Positions 40,456 through 50,942 are shown, counted from the first letter of the stretch. The stretch: 64,000 nucleotides of DNA from Promethearchaeota archaeon (GCA_019057795.1 JAHLWS010000070.1:64001-128000); one strand, 5' to 3'. Numbers and translations: made by a program. The notes: generated by a model from the sequence alone, not told the origin.

Positions 40456-41088
40456 TTAACTAGCCTTGTTGACGGAGTTTTTTAAATTAACCCAGAGATC
40501 ATCCACTTCATTCCTAACTTGTAAAAATTGATTAATTTTTTTTAATAGTACATCCCTTGCACGATCAAAATCTCTTTGGGAGTCATTCAATTCAGATTCC
40601 AATATTTTTATCTTTTCTCCTTCGATCAAATCGTTTTTCTTTTTTTCGACAGATAACGCTTTTTTAATAACAACGCTTCTTTTACTGGCTACTTCGGCCA
40701 ACGCTGTAGCAAATTCATATTTTTTTTCTACTAAATAATCTTTTTTTACTGCGAGGTCTTTAATCGAATCTATGTACTTGTTATTTATTTCGATATATTC
40801 ATCATTTTTATGGATGATTTCCTGAAAATATTTTACCTCCTCGTCTTTGATATTTGATCTTCTCTCTCTTACTAGCGTTTGCATTTGCTTTAATACATCT
40901 CTAAACATCCTATTGACCATATCTCGTGTAAGATTTACTTTTCTCAAGTTATCAGCGTATTTTTTTTGAGAATCGATTAATGTAGTCTGATTTTTCGCTA
41001 ATTTTTTTATTTGGCTTACTAATTCTTTTTCCATGCTTGCTAATTCAAGCTCATCTTCATGTGTTATAATTGGGCTCATTTCAATCAA
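40456..41088 (-). CDS. all-helical coiled-coil protein, BAR-like
   Basis: 210 aa, continuous heptad helices, almost no Pro/Gly. Confidence 0.6.
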   Translation of the reverse strand: MIEMSPIITHEDELELASMEKELVSQIKKLAKNQTTLIDSQKKYADNLRKVNLTRDMVNRMFRDVLKQMQTLVRERRSNIKDEEVKYFQEIIHKNDEYIEINNKYIDSIKDLAVKKDYLVEKKYEFATALAEVASKRSVVIKKALSVEKKKNDLIEGEKIKILESELNDSQRDFDRARDVLLKKINQFLQVRNEVDDLWVNLKNSVNKAS

Positions 41089-41173
41089 ATCAAAATAGTA
41101 TTGATTTATAATAAATTACGATATAATTCTTATGTAAATTCATTATTTTAATTTTTAGTCTTTTTATTTCTTA

Positions 41174-42211
41174 CTATCTATAAGGAAAAAAAGCAGTAAG
41201 AATATTATCTTTATAATTTGCTTTTATCACTTTAGCCTCAATATATTTTCCGATCAGTGCTTCGGAGAAAACGAGTGGTTTGTTCAATAATATTTTAATT
41301 CCGAGAGAATCGTTGATTTTCCCTATACACTCGTTTTTCCATCTTCCCCCGGAAACGATTTTTAATTTAATAAGGTCATCCTTCTTAAATTCTGATGGGG
41401 AGATTTTTGTTCTTTTATGAATACCAAAGTCTCTAGGTCCAAGTTTTAGTTTTATACCGTACTTTTTTTCTAATTTGGATAAGTGTAAATAAAAATAACC
41501 CCATGATTTCGGTCGAATTTTTTTTAATTTTCTACCTGTTTTGTAAATTAAATATTTTTGGATACCGATTTGAATTTGTTTCTCAGAATAACCTTCGCTT
41601 CTTAAATTAACGATCAACTTAATAATATCTTCTATATCTTTGTCATTTTCTCCTGGAAACCAAACTGGTGCAATTAAAACATGGATTTTAGAATCCAAGA
41701 GGGAATAAATATTATTTAAAAATTTACCAACATTAAATTTAGCACAATTGCATAAATAACAAGCCATTTCCTCCTTTAGGCTATTTAAGCTTACATTGAT
41801 TCGCGTCAGGTTGCTTTTTTTCAATTTATTAATAATATTTTTCGAGAGTAATACTCCATTGCTTTGCATTGAGATAGTTGTTACTCCTTCGATATCTGAG
41901 AGATTCTTTATTAAATTAAATAGTTCCCCGTATAACAACATTTCACCGTAGGGTGCCAGATGAATCTCGATGTTATAATTTCCTTTTATCGCTATGGCTT
42001 CTTTAACTTTATCTATTAAATAATTTGAATCTATTACGAAATTAGTGCTGTAATCGCCAGAACTGACGAAACAATACTTACAACGTAAATTACACTGTGT
42101 TAAGGGTTTAAGTTCAAGAATGTTGGTCCCTCTGTCAATTATCCCTAGAAAATCAACTCCAGCTAGTGGAATTTCCGAAGTTGTATCGATATATTTTATA
42201 TTTTCATTCAT
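41174..42211 (-). CDS. archaeal radical SAM protein with C-terminal TRAM-like domain
   Basis: PLAG...GIIDRGTN, CNLRCKYC, SMQSNG. Confidence 0.85.
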   Translation of the reverse strand: MNENIKYIDTTSEIPLAGVDFLGIIDRGTNILELKPLTQCNLRCKYCFVSSGDYSTNFVIDSNYLIDKVKEAIAIKGNYNIEIHLAPYGEMLLYGELFNLIKNLSDIEGVTTISMQSNGVLLSKNIINKLKKSNLTRINVSLNSLKEEMACYLCNCAKFNVGKFLNNIYSLLDSKIHVLIAPVWFPGENDKDIEDIIKLIVNLRSEGYSEKQIQIGIQKYLIYKTGRKLKKIRPKSWGYFYLHLSKLEKKYGIKLKLGPRDFGIHKRTKISPSEFKKDDLIKLKIVSGGRWKNECIGKINDSLGIKILLNKPLVFSEALIGKYIEAKVIKANYKDNILTAFFPYR

Positions 42212-42229
42212 TGTCGAAATTTTTCTTAT

Positions 42230-43303
42230 TTACATTTTATACCTTAAAATAGCAATCAGAGATCCTAAATCAATAATCTGTTGTCCTGTCGGGTGTTCAC
42301 TGTTTAGAATATGAACTCTACCACCAATTTTTTCAACTCCATTAATAATACTTTCGATTTTTAATTTTTGTTCTTTTGAGGCACCTCTAATTAAAATATC
42401 AGCACAAAATAATTCCTTTACAGCACCTTTTTCTGTTGCATTTGAAATCTCGTCAAAACCAATAGCAATAATATCTGAGTCTGTACTAAATAATTGTAAT
42501 ATTTCTTCAATTTTTTCTGTTTCCTGTAATATTTTTACATTTTTTTTTAAAATTTTTAACTCTTTTGATTTTAAAGTCTCCAAAATAGCACTTTCAGTTC
42601 CGGAGCTGGCTTGAATGTTATAAATTTTTGGTAGATATGTAGACTGTGTTCTTTCTTTAAGAAATTGATTGAAATGAACCTTTGTACTACCAGGCCCACA
42701 TATAACTAATGTATTTATTTTTGTATTCTTTATATTTTCGTCGATAAGCCTAAGGATATCACTATAAAATTCTTCGTACGCTTTATTTCTATAAGATTGT
42801 TCGTATCTTTTACCAGGAATATTTTTTTTTATAGTAGCTATTCTTTTATGACTGAAATTTGTTATTAGAGAGATTGTAGCTAACCCCGTCTCGATTGCAA
42901 TTATTAACATTATAAAATCAGTTTCGAATCTTGACGATTCCTTAAGACGTTTTATTTCGCTCTTTAACCACTTCTCTTTATTTATTGTTAGTTTTTGGTT
43001 AGGTTCAATATTAAAAGTGTGATATGTTCCAAAAGTTACTAAATCCTCCGGACCCTCTATAATAGTACCTTTTACTCTTAATCTATTTGAAAATTCATGA
43101 AAAGCGACAGATTCAACTTTTAATTTCAAGTACATTGGTTTTCTTTCTCCTTTAGAACCTTCCTTTAAAACAACTCTTCTATATGTTCGTGCTAAAATTT
43201 TATCATTTTTAGCTATTATGTTATAGAGAGTCCATAGATCGTTTAAGATCTCTGTTTTAACTGTAATAACTTCCTTCTTTTTATCTATTTCCAGAATTTT
43301 CAT
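42230..43303 (-). CDS. pelA: Pelota (ribosome rescue factor)
   Basis: DLWTLYNII, FHEFSNRLRVKG, YHT, IPGKR, CGPG, SEHPTGQQI..LG...AILRY. Confidence 0.95.
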   Translation of the reverse strand: MKILEIDKKKEVITVKTEILNDLWTLYNIIAKNDKILARTYRRVVLKEGSKGERKPMYLKLKVESVAFHEFSNRLRVKGTIIEGPEDLVTFGTYHTFNIEPNQKLTINKEKWLKSEIKRLKESSRFETDFIMLIIAIETGLATISLITNFSHKRIATIKKNIPGKRYEQSYRNKAYEEFYSDILRLIDENIKNTKINTLVICGPGSTKVHFNQFLKERTQSTYLPKIYNIQASSGTESAILETLKSKELKILKKNVKILQETEKIEEILQLFSTDSDIIAIGFDEISNATEKGAVKELFCADILIRGASKEQKLKIESIINGVEKIGGRVHILNSEHPTGQQIIDLGSLIAILRYKM

Positions 43304-43443
43304 TTAAATTATCAAACTCCAAATTATAAATTTAAGATATATAATTAAGTATAGTATAAATCTAAAGACTAACTATCTAAGGTTTGATATATTAGACAAA
43401 ATAAAGAAAAAAATAATAAAATACGACAAAGACAAAAAATTTA

Positions 43444-43596
43444 TTATTTTGCTCCTAAGGCTTCTTTGACCTTTTCTAATTCTTCCATTCGTTTCTTTTT
43501 CTCTTCTTCACGTTTTTTGAGGTCTTCTTCGTCAACCTTTTGGAGCGAAACACCTTTTTTGATTTCTTCTTTTAGTTCTTTACCTACGGGCGTCAT
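43444..43596 (-). CDS. 50-aa WH2/beta-thymosin-like small protein
   Basis: MTPVGKELKEEIKKGVSLQKVDEEDLKKREEEKKKRMEELEKVKEALGAK; ATG, tandem TAA TAA; below the ORF-track cutoff. Confidence 0.7.
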   Translation of the reverse strand: MTPVGKELKEEIKKGVSLQKVDEEDLKKREEEKKKRMEELEKVKEALGAK

Positions 43597-43704
43597 TGTT
43601 ACTCAACACTTTTTATTTTATTCTCTTTTTTGGGTACAATTACAATACTTTTTATGCACAAATTATGATAGAATTTATTTATAAGTCTTGGTTTTTAGAT
43701 AATG

Positions 43705-44151
43705 TTAAATCTTCAAAATCATTAAATAAGCGCTTTTCTGTTGTCGGTAATAGTTCTCTATTTTCTGTCCAATTTGGAACCCAAATTTTTGATACAACCA
43801 AATGGCAACTTTATTTTTAGAGTTCACATTTAAAACTATTACTTCAATATTGTTCATTTCTTTTATTTTGTTTAAAGTATATTTTAATAGATGAGATCCA
43901 TATCCTTTATTCTGATATTGTTTACTAATAAGCAAATTAATTAAATTTACTCTACCTTCTCGATCTTGAATAACAATAATGAATCCAACAATTTCATTTG
44001 AACCATCATCATTTATCAACTTAAAAAAGAAAGTGTTATTTACGATAAGATTGAGAATTGAATTTTTAGAAAAAGCATCTTTCTTGAAAGTATTACTTTC
44101 CAATTTGAATATTTCATCTAAATCCTTAAGACTAACAGTGTTTATTCTCAT
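43705..44151 (-). CDS. RimI/Ard1-like GNAT N-acetyltransferase
   Basis: YQNKGYG, LNVNSKNKVAIWLYQKFGF, ENYY. Confidence 0.88.
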   Translation of the reverse strand: MRINTVSLKDLDEIFKLESNTFKKDAFSKNSILNLIVNNTFFFKLINDDGSNEIVGFIIVIQDREGRVNLINLLISKQYQNKGYGSHLLKYTLNKIKEMNNIEVIVLNVNSKNKVAIWLYQKFGFQIGQKIENYYRQQKSAYLMILKI

Positions 44152-45292
44152 TAAACCCCAACTCTTCTTTAAATACCTTGATTGGTGTTTTTTCCGTTAT
44201 TTGTTGATATTGCTCTTCTCGAAATGGTGTTATTTCTACGATATGTCCTTTTAAATTATTTTGATCAATTAATTTTACCAAATCCTCCTCGATCGCGAAT
44301 GATAAAGGCAATTTTATATTTAACCCATCATAAGATAGAAACTTACGAGGAACTTTTAATTGATTTAATAAAATATTCTTAAACTCTTTTATTCTTATTT
44401 TATCACCTTCTATTTGAGCGAATATTAACAAACCATCCTCATTTATTTCCTCATAAGGTAATTTTATAGTTTTTGCACGCCTTAAGTACCTTTCCCTCAA
44501 TTGCCAATAATCCTTGGCAATAATCGTACAAAAATGAATTTTTATCTTAACTTTTGGAGCGATTTTTTTTATTAAAGTAATTGCAGTTTCATTACTATAC
44601 TCTACAGAAGCTATTGTACCTTCTTTCAATTTAAAACCGCGTTCTTTTAAGCTTTGGCTATTTGGTGAACAATACTCAAATTCGTTCAAATTGATAAAAT
44701 CTGCACCTATTTCATCTAAATAAAATATCAATTCTTCAAGATTTTCAATATATTCCTTTTCTGGAATTACCGGAACCTCAGCGCCTACAGACATACCCTT
44801 ATCCAATGCGTATTTTATAACATTCCAATTTTCTTTTGGTGGGTTGAATCTAATTTCGTCTAACCCTGCTCGAGCAAGACTAATTGCTTTTGATTCGTTA
44901 AAATTAAGACCATTTGTATAAAGATGAACATGAAATTTTTTCCCTTTTTGTGTCTTAACAAATTTAATAAATTCTAAAGTGTTTTCGAAGTTGGGCTCAA
45001 ATAAGGGATCTCCTCCCGTGATACTCATCCCTTTTGCTTTAATTTTGTTAAGCTCGTCTAATAACTGCTCTTTAGAATTAATTTGAATTTCGTTAGCATA
45101 AGTTAATTTTTTATTTTTTCTCTTTTCAGATATCGGACAATACCACCAACAATGTTTTGGATTCTGACAGATTCCGTTTAGAAATAACACGGCTTTTGTG
45201 CCATTTAAACAGTGCTGACACCCTTTGGGAATTCCCCTACTCTTTACGAAAAATGTATGTGATTTAGATTCTACTATTTTAGACTCGTTCAT
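44132..45292 (-). CDS. archaeal radical SAM protein
   Basis: IPKGCQHC, CQNPKHCWWYCP, SITGGDP, HLYTNG, GLDEIRF, NLNEFE. Confidence 0.88.
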   Translation of the reverse strand: MNESKIVESKSHTFFVKSRGIPKGCQHCLNGTKAVLFLNGICQNPKHCWWYCPISEKRKNKKLTYANEIQINSKEQLLDELNKIKAKGMSITGGDPLFEPNFENTLEFIKFVKTQKGKKFHVHLYTNGLNFNESKAISLARAGLDEIRFNPPKENWNVIKYALDKGMSVGAEVPVIPEKEYIENLEELIFYLDEIGADFINLNEFEYCSPNSQSLKERGFKLKEGTIASVEYSNETAITLIKKIAPKVKIKIHFCTIIAKDYWQLRERYLRRAKTIKLPYEEINEDGLLIFAQIEGDKIRIKEFKNILLNQLKVPRKFLSYDGLNIKLPLSFAIEEDLVKLIDQNNLKGHIVEITPFREEQYQQITEKTPIKVFKEELGFNENKHC

Positions 45293-45996
45293 TTTTGAAA
45301 TAACTTCTTTCTCACAAAGGATTTTTTGTTTGCAAGTTTTTTTAGTACCACTTCGGTAGATTCGTTAAGATCAAGTGACCTTTTTAGAAATACACCAGTT
45401 CTACCGTGTTTTTCTCTTTTTAAAAGAACTCTTTTTCGTTCATTAATTAAATCAATACTTACATTCACTTGTTTTGCTACCAAATGTTCGTTTCCAATTA
45501 TTGAATATTCTTCATGGCCTTCTAAGGTAGGTTTAATTAATACTAATCTCTTGTCTATTCCAGGGACTCTGAGATTATCTTCTAATTGGTTTAAATTGAC
45601 CTTTCCTCCAAAATCATAAAATTCCTCTGATTTTTTATCAAACTTAGATAATGGAATAGTAATACTCTCTAACTCGTTTAAATATATGTACAATTTTAAT
45701 GTATCCGTTGGTGTTGCCATTAAAATTTCTCTAAAGTAATTGTTGATACCATATTTCTCAAGAATAATTTCTATTTGATAAGATGGTATTAATTGCAAAA
45801 AGATAATATCAATATCACTATCCCTATGAACATCCCCACGAGCCACGCTTCCGTAGATAAACGGGTTTAAACCTTCTTTAGCAAACATCTCCAATAATTC
45901 TATGGAACGAGTTCTTTTTTGGTTTAAGAGTTTAAAATGATCTCTAGGGTATACTACGGTATTATAATAATCTCTTAAAATAGTATATTTTTTCAT
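45289..45996 (-). CDS. Pol-beta-superfamily nucleotidyltransferase
   Basis: YGSVARGDVHRDSDIDI, EFYDFGG, RVPGIDKRL, GRTGVF. Confidence 0.88.
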   Translation of the reverse strand: MKKYTILRDYYNTVVYPRDHFKLLNQKRTRSIELLEMFAKEGLNPFIYGSVARGDVHRDSDIDIIFLQLIPSYQIEIILEKYGINNYFREILMATPTDTLKLYIYLNELESITIPLSKFDKKSEEFYDFGGKVNLNQLEDNLRVPGIDKRLVLIKPTLEGHEEYSIIGNEHLVAKQVNVSIDLINERKRVLLKREKHGRTGVFLKRSLDLNESTEVVLKKLANKKSFVRKKLFQK

Positions 45997-46012
45997 CAGA
46001 AATTATTCTTTT

Positions 46013-46840
46013 TTATCTAATTTTATTTTCGATATTTTTTATTATTATGCTTAAAAGTACCGTTTCGTAATATTTGAATGTGCTTTTTGCTTTTTGAATG
46101 GTATGATATTTGAATTTATTTGAATTTTTCAGGGTTTTATCGCTTAAAATCTTCTTGTCTGAATTCCTATTTTTAAGAAATGGATTTAAACGCCCACTAA
46201 AAATAATAAATAACTGAAACTGTGGATTTGAAACGGTTTCTAAAGTTTGTATAATTTTAAGATTGGCCAAATTTAACCGTGGATTAATTGAAATTAGTTT
46301 AGCACTGTTGAAATTTTTTGTAATAATATTATAGGGAAAAAAAAATTTATCAAAATTCATGACAACATATCTCTGACTCAATAAATGAAGATCTTGATTA
46401 TAAATCGAGAGAAATGAGGGTAAAATTTGTTGGATTTCTCTTTCAATATCTTTAATCGTTTTACTTTTTCCTTTATCAGCTTTTATTTTAAGCCAAATGT
46501 TAACTACATTAAAACCATAAGTGCTTAAACCTTCCGTCAATATTTTCAATAACATTTGTTTTCTATGCGTTCTCATTATAAAAATTGATGGTTTAGACGA
46601 GATTTCTTCTTGAATTACTTTGGATTTAGTCAAATTCCACTTTTTTAAGTAAATTGAGGGTCGATCTAAGTTAAAACTTAGAGCCTTAGTCGTTGTTCGC
46701 GTCAAAAATTCGTTTGACAAAGAAAACCTCCATCTATACGCTTCTTTAAATATTTTTACGCTGATTAGAAGTAAAATTAGCAAAATTATTATGATAGTAT
46801 CAACTAAAATCCAATCCACTCGAAAGATATCGAAGGCCAT
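46013..46840 (-). CDS. hypothetical protein with N-terminal membrane anchor
   Basis: WILVDTIIIILLILLLISV hydrophobic helix. Confidence 0.7.
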   Translation of the reverse strand: MAFDIFRVDWILVDTIIIILLILLLISVKIFKEAYRWRFSLSNEFLTRTTTKALSFNLDRPSIYLKKWNLTKSKVIQEEISSKPSIFIMRTHRKQMLLKILTEGLSTYGFNVVNIWLKIKADKGKSKTIKDIEREIQQILPSFLSIYNQDLHLLSQRYVVMNFDKFFFPYNIITKNFNSAKLISINPRLNLANLKIIQTLETVSNPQFQLFIIFSGRLNPFLKNRNSDKKILSDKTLKNSNKFKYHTIQKAKSTFKYYETVLLSIIIKNIENKIR

Positions 46841-46863
46841 AATATTTATACAACATTTTTTAA

Positions 46864-47178
46864 TTAATCTACAACTTCACTAATCCAATTTAAATATGTT
46901 TCAGAACCCTTAATAATCTTCAAACCAATGCATTCCGGTTCAGAATATGAATGAAGCTCTTTAACTTTCTGAATTATTAATTCTCCTTTACTTTCCTTTG
47001 TTTTAATTATTAATAGATGTTCGTTGTCCTCTTCAATGTTTCCTTTCCACCAATAAATTGATTGTATATTTTGAATTATGTTTACGCATGCGGCTAGCTT
47101 GCTTTCAACCAAAACTCTTGCTATTTTTTTACCTTCTTCAATATTTGGAACCGTAACTAAAAAAACATAAAAATTCAT
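46864..47178 (-). CDS. cutA: divalent-cation tolerance protein CutA
   Basis: LVESKLAACVNI, SIYWWKG, LHSYSEPE. Confidence 0.95.
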   Translation of the reverse strand: MNFYVFLVTVPNIEEGKKIARVLVESKLAACVNIIQNIQSIYWWKGNIEEDNEHLLIIKTKESKGELIIQKVKELHSYSEPECIGLKIIKGSETYLNWISEVVD

Positions 47179-47420
47179 TTTAATCCCTTAGTTGTTATAT
47201 CTAATAATTTATAATGTACATCTTAATTTCAATTTATTTAAGAAATTAACGCCATTAGAAAATTGATTTATTCTGAAGTATTTAAATACATTATTTAATA
47301 TACATTATAAATGATAATCTCTCTTTTTTTTTGATTTTAAAACCGGTTTTACAAAAAATGAAGATATAAATTATTAAAATTTATATAATAATAAAAAAAA
47401 AATTATTATACTTTGAGGAG

Positions 47421-48152
47421 TTGATTATTATTCTTCACAATGTTTACCTAATATCAAATTTTACGGGCATTTGTTTAGTTCATAGGAAGTATGGTACTAT
47501 AGAGTTTAACCAAGATTTAGTATCTGGTTTTTTAACAGCATTAAAAGATTTTTCAGTGGAGTTCTCGAAAGGATCGGGCGAATTGAAAATCATTGATATG
47601 CAAATATTTTATCTCCTTCTTGTTTTTAAGGAAGGAATCCTGTGCACAGCAGCAGCTGATAAAAATGATGATGCTAAAATCACCCATAAAGTTCTTAGTG
47701 AGATTATCGATAAATTCCTGGAAAAGTATGGAAACCTAATGGACTGGTCAGGAGATGTTAGGATGTTCAAAGGTTTTGATAATGTTATGGATGTTATGCT
47801 AAAGGACGGTCATGTGGCAGAAATTCCCTTAAAGATTCCCATCTTGAAGATATTTGAGAAAGATTTTGTAAAATCACGGAAGCAGATCGCTAAAAAAGGA
47901 CTAGTATTGTCAGAAGAGGATTTAAGGGACGCTCAGAACCAGAAACCAAAGTGGACATCAAAGCGACTTCCCCACCAAGTAATTGCACAAGGATTTCTTG
48001 ACAAAAAGGTCTACAAGATTGCTCATTTAGCCGATGGCTTTCACACTATTTCGGATATCGCGGAGGAAGCAGGGGTACCACAATCAGAGATAAATGTAAT
48101 GATCGATGATCTGGACGATTTAGGGCTTTTAAAGTTTATCGATATTAAATAA
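47421..48152 (+). CDS. longin-like domain + C-terminal winged-helix protein
   Basis: VYLISNFTGICL...DLVSGFLTALKDFS longin pattern; LADGFHTISDIAEE...LDDLGLLKF wHTH. Confidence 0.75.
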   Translation: MIIILHNVYLISNFTGICLVHRKYGTIEFNQDLVSGFLTALKDFSVEFSKGSGELKIIDMQIFYLLLVFKEGILCTAAADKNDDAKITHKVLSEIIDKFLEKYGNLMDWSGDVRMFKGFDNVMDVMLKDGHVAEIPLKIPILKIFEKDFVKSRKQIAKKGLVLSEEDLRDAQNQKPKWTSKRLPHQVIAQGFLDKKVYKIAHLADGFHTISDIAEEAGVPQSEINVMIDDLDDLGLLKFIDIK

Positions 48153-48322
48153 GCAGTATTGTTTTTCTTTTAATCTAATTTCAGGAAAGAAGAAATTGGG
48201 TTTAATTTTAAATTCCTTATCATATTTAAAAAAAAACTTCGATAAGAATTTTTAAACTATATCTTGTTTTTAAAAGTCGTAAACATAAAATTTATGAAAA
48301 TAATTTCACTTATTTAGTTAGT

Positions 48323-49795
48323 ATGAATGTGATTAAGATTGATGAGAACATTTACGAAATACCGCCAAAAACTTTAATGGCGCGTGTAGAAGGCAAAATC
48401 GCGAAGTTTCAAATGAAAGTGCCGGTACATATTTATGCGAACGAGTACATATTGGAAAAGATCAAGAACGACAGAACGCTTGATCAGATTAGCAACGTCG
48501 CTTGCCTTCCAGGAATACAGAAGCATGCAATTGCGCTCTCCGATGCCCATCAAGGATATGGATTTTGTATAGGCGGCGTTGCTGGAACTGACGCCGATTC
48601 GGGTATGATTTCGCCTGGGGGTGTAGGGTACGACATAAATTGCGGCGTAAATTTGTTGAAAACATCATTAAACCTTAAAGACATCAATAGCTCAATTCCC
48701 AGTTTATTAAACGTTATTTTTAAGAATATACCATCAGGTTTAGGAAGTAAAGGTAAATTAAATATAAGTTATTCAGATTTAGATAATGTATTAGATAATG
48801 GTTTGAATTGGGCTTTAGACAATGGTTATGCGATCGAAGAGGATTTAGTACACTGTGAAGAAAACGGTTTTTTAAAGGATGCTAATTCAAAAATGGTTTC
48901 TCAGAAAGCTAAGCAGAGGGGGTTAAAGCAACTTGGTTCTTTAGGAAGTGGTAATCATTTTATAGAAATCCAGAAGGTTGATAAAATCTACAACGATTCT
49001 ATCGCAAAAAAATTAGGAATTTTTGATAAGGATCAAATAACAGTTATGGTTCATACAGGGTCGCGAGCTCTTGGCCATCAAGTATGCACAGATTCCTTAC
49101 GAAATGTCGAACAGGCAATGAAAAAATACAATATCAAAGTTCCTGATCGAGAATTAGCATGTGTACCAGCTGATACTCCCGAAGCACAAAATTACTTAAG
49201 TAGCATGGCGTGTGCTGCAAATTTTGGGTTCAACAACCGTCAATTAATTACCCATTGGTTAAGACAATCTTTTCAAGATTATTTGAGAAAGAGTTTAGAC
49301 GAGCTAGACTTTAAATTAATCTATGGTGTATGTCATAATATTTTAAAAATAGAGGAACACGAAGTTAATGGCAAAAAAATGAAATTAAATGTTCATAGGA
49401 AAGGAGCAACCAGAGCGTTTCCACCAGGACACCAAGATATACCGCAAGACTATAAAAGTATTGGTCAACCCGCTTTGATTCCGGGTACAATGGGATCAGC
49501 TTCCTACTTATGCGTTGGAAGGCCAAAAGCGATGGATCTCTCCTTTGGATCCACCGCTCATGGATCTGGTAGAGTAATGTCAAGATCTAAAGCTAAAAAA
49601 TTATATTGGGGTTCTCAAGTCAAAGAAGATTTAAAAAATAGAGGAATAATTGTAAAAGCTGCTTCACCTAAAATAATTGCCGAGGAAGCTCCAGGAGCAT
49701 ACAAAGATATAGATCAAGTAGTACAAGTAAGTCACGATCTTGGAATCGTAGAAAAAATTGTAAGGTTAGTTCCCATAGGGGTTGTAAAAGGTTAA
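48323..49795 (+). CDS. rtcB: RNA-splicing ligase RtcB
   Basis: DAHQGYGF, GYDINCG, GSGNHF, HTGSR, HRKGAT, PGTMG, HGSGR, EEAPGAYK. Confidence 0.97.
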   Translation: MNVIKIDENIYEIPPKTLMARVEGKIAKFQMKVPVHIYANEYILEKIKNDRTLDQISNVACLPGIQKHAIALSDAHQGYGFCIGGVAGTDADSGMISPGGVGYDINCGVNLLKTSLNLKDINSSIPSLLNVIFKNIPSGLGSKGKLNISYSDLDNVLDNGLNWALDNGYAIEEDLVHCEENGFLKDANSKMVSQKAKQRGLKQLGSLGSGNHFIEIQKVDKIYNDSIAKKLGIFDKDQITVMVHTGSRALGHQVCTDSLRNVEQAMKKYNIKVPDRELACVPADTPEAQNYLSSMACAANFGFNNRQLITHWLRQSFQDYLRKSLDELDFKLIYGVCHNILKIEEHEVNGKKMKLNVHRKGATRAFPPGHQDIPQDYKSIGQPALIPGTMGSASYLCVGRPKAMDLSFGSTAHGSGRVMSRSKAKKLYWGSQVKEDLKNRGIIVKAASPKIIAEEAPGAYKDIDQVVQVSHDLGIVEKIVRLVPIGVVKG

Positions 49796-49862
49796 GTTTT
49801 TATTCTATTTATTTTCAGAATAAAATTTTAAATTATATCATTATTCAAAAATCATTTTAAAG

Positions 49863-50300
49863 TTAAATATCAAATACTATATCAATTATGGTGCTTTTGC
49901 GTTTTTCTTCTATATTCATAAAGGAATAAGTTATAGCCTTAACTTCAATTCCTATTTCGTGCTTATCCGAATCGAATTTTTCACCTTTTAGAATAGCCTG
50001 CAACTTGTAATTATCATTGAATTTTTCAATTTTACTTACATAAATTTGACTAAAAACAAGCTCATCTACATCAAAAATATACAAAAATTCAGAGAGAAAA
50101 TCAAATAGAAGGGCTTCTTTATCCTCAGCCTTAATTGTTATTTTTTTTTCGATTTTAGGAGTTATTTTTTTTAAGTCTGGCGTTATTGTTGCCATTAAAC
50201 TATAAGCGGTTTGCGTAAAGGCTTCTTCTAATGATGGTCCCCAACTTCTTACCTGAACATCGGCAGTATGCTCTCTAAACTCAAATCCGGGTTTTTTCAT
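49863..50300 (-). CDS. archease (RtcB activator)
   Basis: EHTADV, EVKAITY, C-terminal VFDI. Confidence 0.95.
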   Translation of the reverse strand: MKKPGFEFREHTADVQVRSWGPSLEEAFTQTAYSLMATITPDLKKITPKIEKKITIKAEDKEALLFDFLSEFLYIFDVDELVFSQIYVSKIEKFNDNYKLQAILKGEKFDSDKHEIGIEVKAITYSFMNIEEKRKSTIIDIVFDI

Positions 50301-50420
50301 ACTAATAAGATTATTTTCAGTATAGATTTACTATAAATAGTCTCGTTTAAAAATAAACCTTTTGTTGTTTGATTTAATTTTCCTAGGAGTTTAAAATAAT
50401 AGGTCTGAAATTGTAATTAT

Positions 50421-50936
50421 ATGTTGAGTACAATTCAAAGTATGTTTATTGATAACTTACTTCTTTATCAAAAATTAGATATGAAAAAAATATTTTCTAA
50501 CAAAGAACTTTTGCTCTTTCACTTCTTCCATGATATAACCAAGATATTTCCCCAAAACATTATTATCGTTAAAGATATTATGTTTTTCTTCCTTGATAAC
50601 CAAAATTATTTTGAAGCGAAAATGAAATTGCCATATCTTAGAAAGAAATTTCAGCACAGAAGAATTGTGCTTGTTCGGGAAGAAAATGTATTAATTAATT
50701 TGATTTATGGTTTTTTTCCTGATCCATATATTCATAAATTAAGAATAGAAAGAAATATTTATTCTGGAAAAATAGAAATTATTGTGGGGTTTCTCTCTTA
50801 CGAAGAACGAGGAATTGCAGTAGGTTGTAATGGCGATTATATTAAAGCTGTGAACGAAATCTTCGATACTCAGATTAAGTTTGGGGAATATCAAGGATTT
50901 CCGGTAAGAATAAAATGTGAAGTAGTAAAATTGTAA
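50421..50936 (+). CDS. divergent archaeal NusA-like KH protein
   Basis: RGIAVGCNGDYIKAV KH motif; first KH degenerate; start uncertain. Confidence 0.6.
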   Translation: MLSTIQSMFIDNLLLYQKLDMKKIFSNKELLLFHFFHDITKIFPQNIIIVKDIMFFFLDNQNYFEAKMKLPYLRKKFQHRRIVLVREENVLINLIYGFFPDPYIHKLRIERNIYSGKIEIIVGFLSYEERGIAVGCNGDYIKAVNEIFDTQIKFGEYQGFPVRIKCEVVKL

Positions 50937-50942
50937 ATAAAA

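Noticed and set aside
43466-43820. plus-strand 72-aa and 74-aa ORFs
   Set aside because: Antisense shadows of the 50-aa gene and the GNAT gene.
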